Shown here in pieces: positions 54,295-54,356 of a DNA stretch of 54,356 nucleotides. Position numbers and translations under genes: made by a program. The notes below the pieces were generated by a model. That model searched no databases. It was not told where the DNA came from and saw only the letters and a program-made list of their open reading frames with translations. How positions within the stretch are numbered: position 1 is the first letter of the stretch; every line of letters begins with the position of its first letter. This DNA comes from an uncultured Candidatus Saccharibacteria bacterium (GTDB taxonomy: Bacteria; Patescibacteriota; Minisyncoccia; Phycocordibacterales; CAZTPW01): assembly GCA_964615725.1 (NCBI GenBank), contig CAZTPW010000004.1, forward strand, positions 1-54,356. Reading direction: 5' to 3'.

Positions 54295-54356
54295 GCGGTC
54301 ATGGTTTAGTGGTAGAACACGACCTTGCCAAGGTTGAGATGGGAGTTCGATTCTCC
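54295..54356 (+). tRNA. tRNA-Gly(GCC), truncated by the window end
   Basis: GCGGTCATGGTTTAGTGGTAGAAC, anticodon loop TTGCCAA, T-arm GGGAGTTCGATTCTCC; TATAAT at 54280-54285. Confidence 0.9.

Noticed and set aside
1-54356. CRISPR array, rRNA, transposase, or UGA reassignment (code 25)
   Set aside because: No regularly spaced repeats, rRNA-like tract or transposase ORF noticed; conserved genes are intact in the standard code and some end in TGA.

Overview
Origin-proximal chromosomal segment of a Patescibacteria/CPR bacterium, most likely Parcubacteria (inferred from gene content: a PrgI/VirB4/VirB6/pilin cluster next to oriC, rpsO-NYN-pnp, short YebC). All genes read in the standard code. The core comprises holA, polA, tsaE, pilB, ruvB-yebC-ruvC, tyrS, a class A PBP, dciA-like-dnaN-oriC-dnaA, rpmH-rnpA-yidC, a ~14 kb T4SS-like membrane cluster, rsmA, pcrA, a LysM-M23 peptidase, comM, pnp, rpsO, a Xer-family recombinase, xth, cca and three tRNAs. 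An accessory stretch at 1-11.7 kb holds a tRNA-trailing structured element, a TrmB regulator, a NitT/TauT ABC transporter, an orphan PemK/MazF-like toxin and several self-contained ORFan cassettes. The most interesting non-coding signals are: (i) an unidentified ~290-nt structured RNA gene with its own promoter and terminator (52219-52512); (ii) a promoter-driven structured small RNA convergent on the orphan PemK toxin, a possible RNA antitoxin; (iii) a 6S-RNA-like hairpin before ruvB; (iv) pervasive leaderless gene starts (-10 box 6-8 nt before ATG); (v) a DnaA-box/DnaA-trio unwinding module and parS-like sites. Protein and RNA calls come from motif recognition and by-eye base pairing, not database searches.
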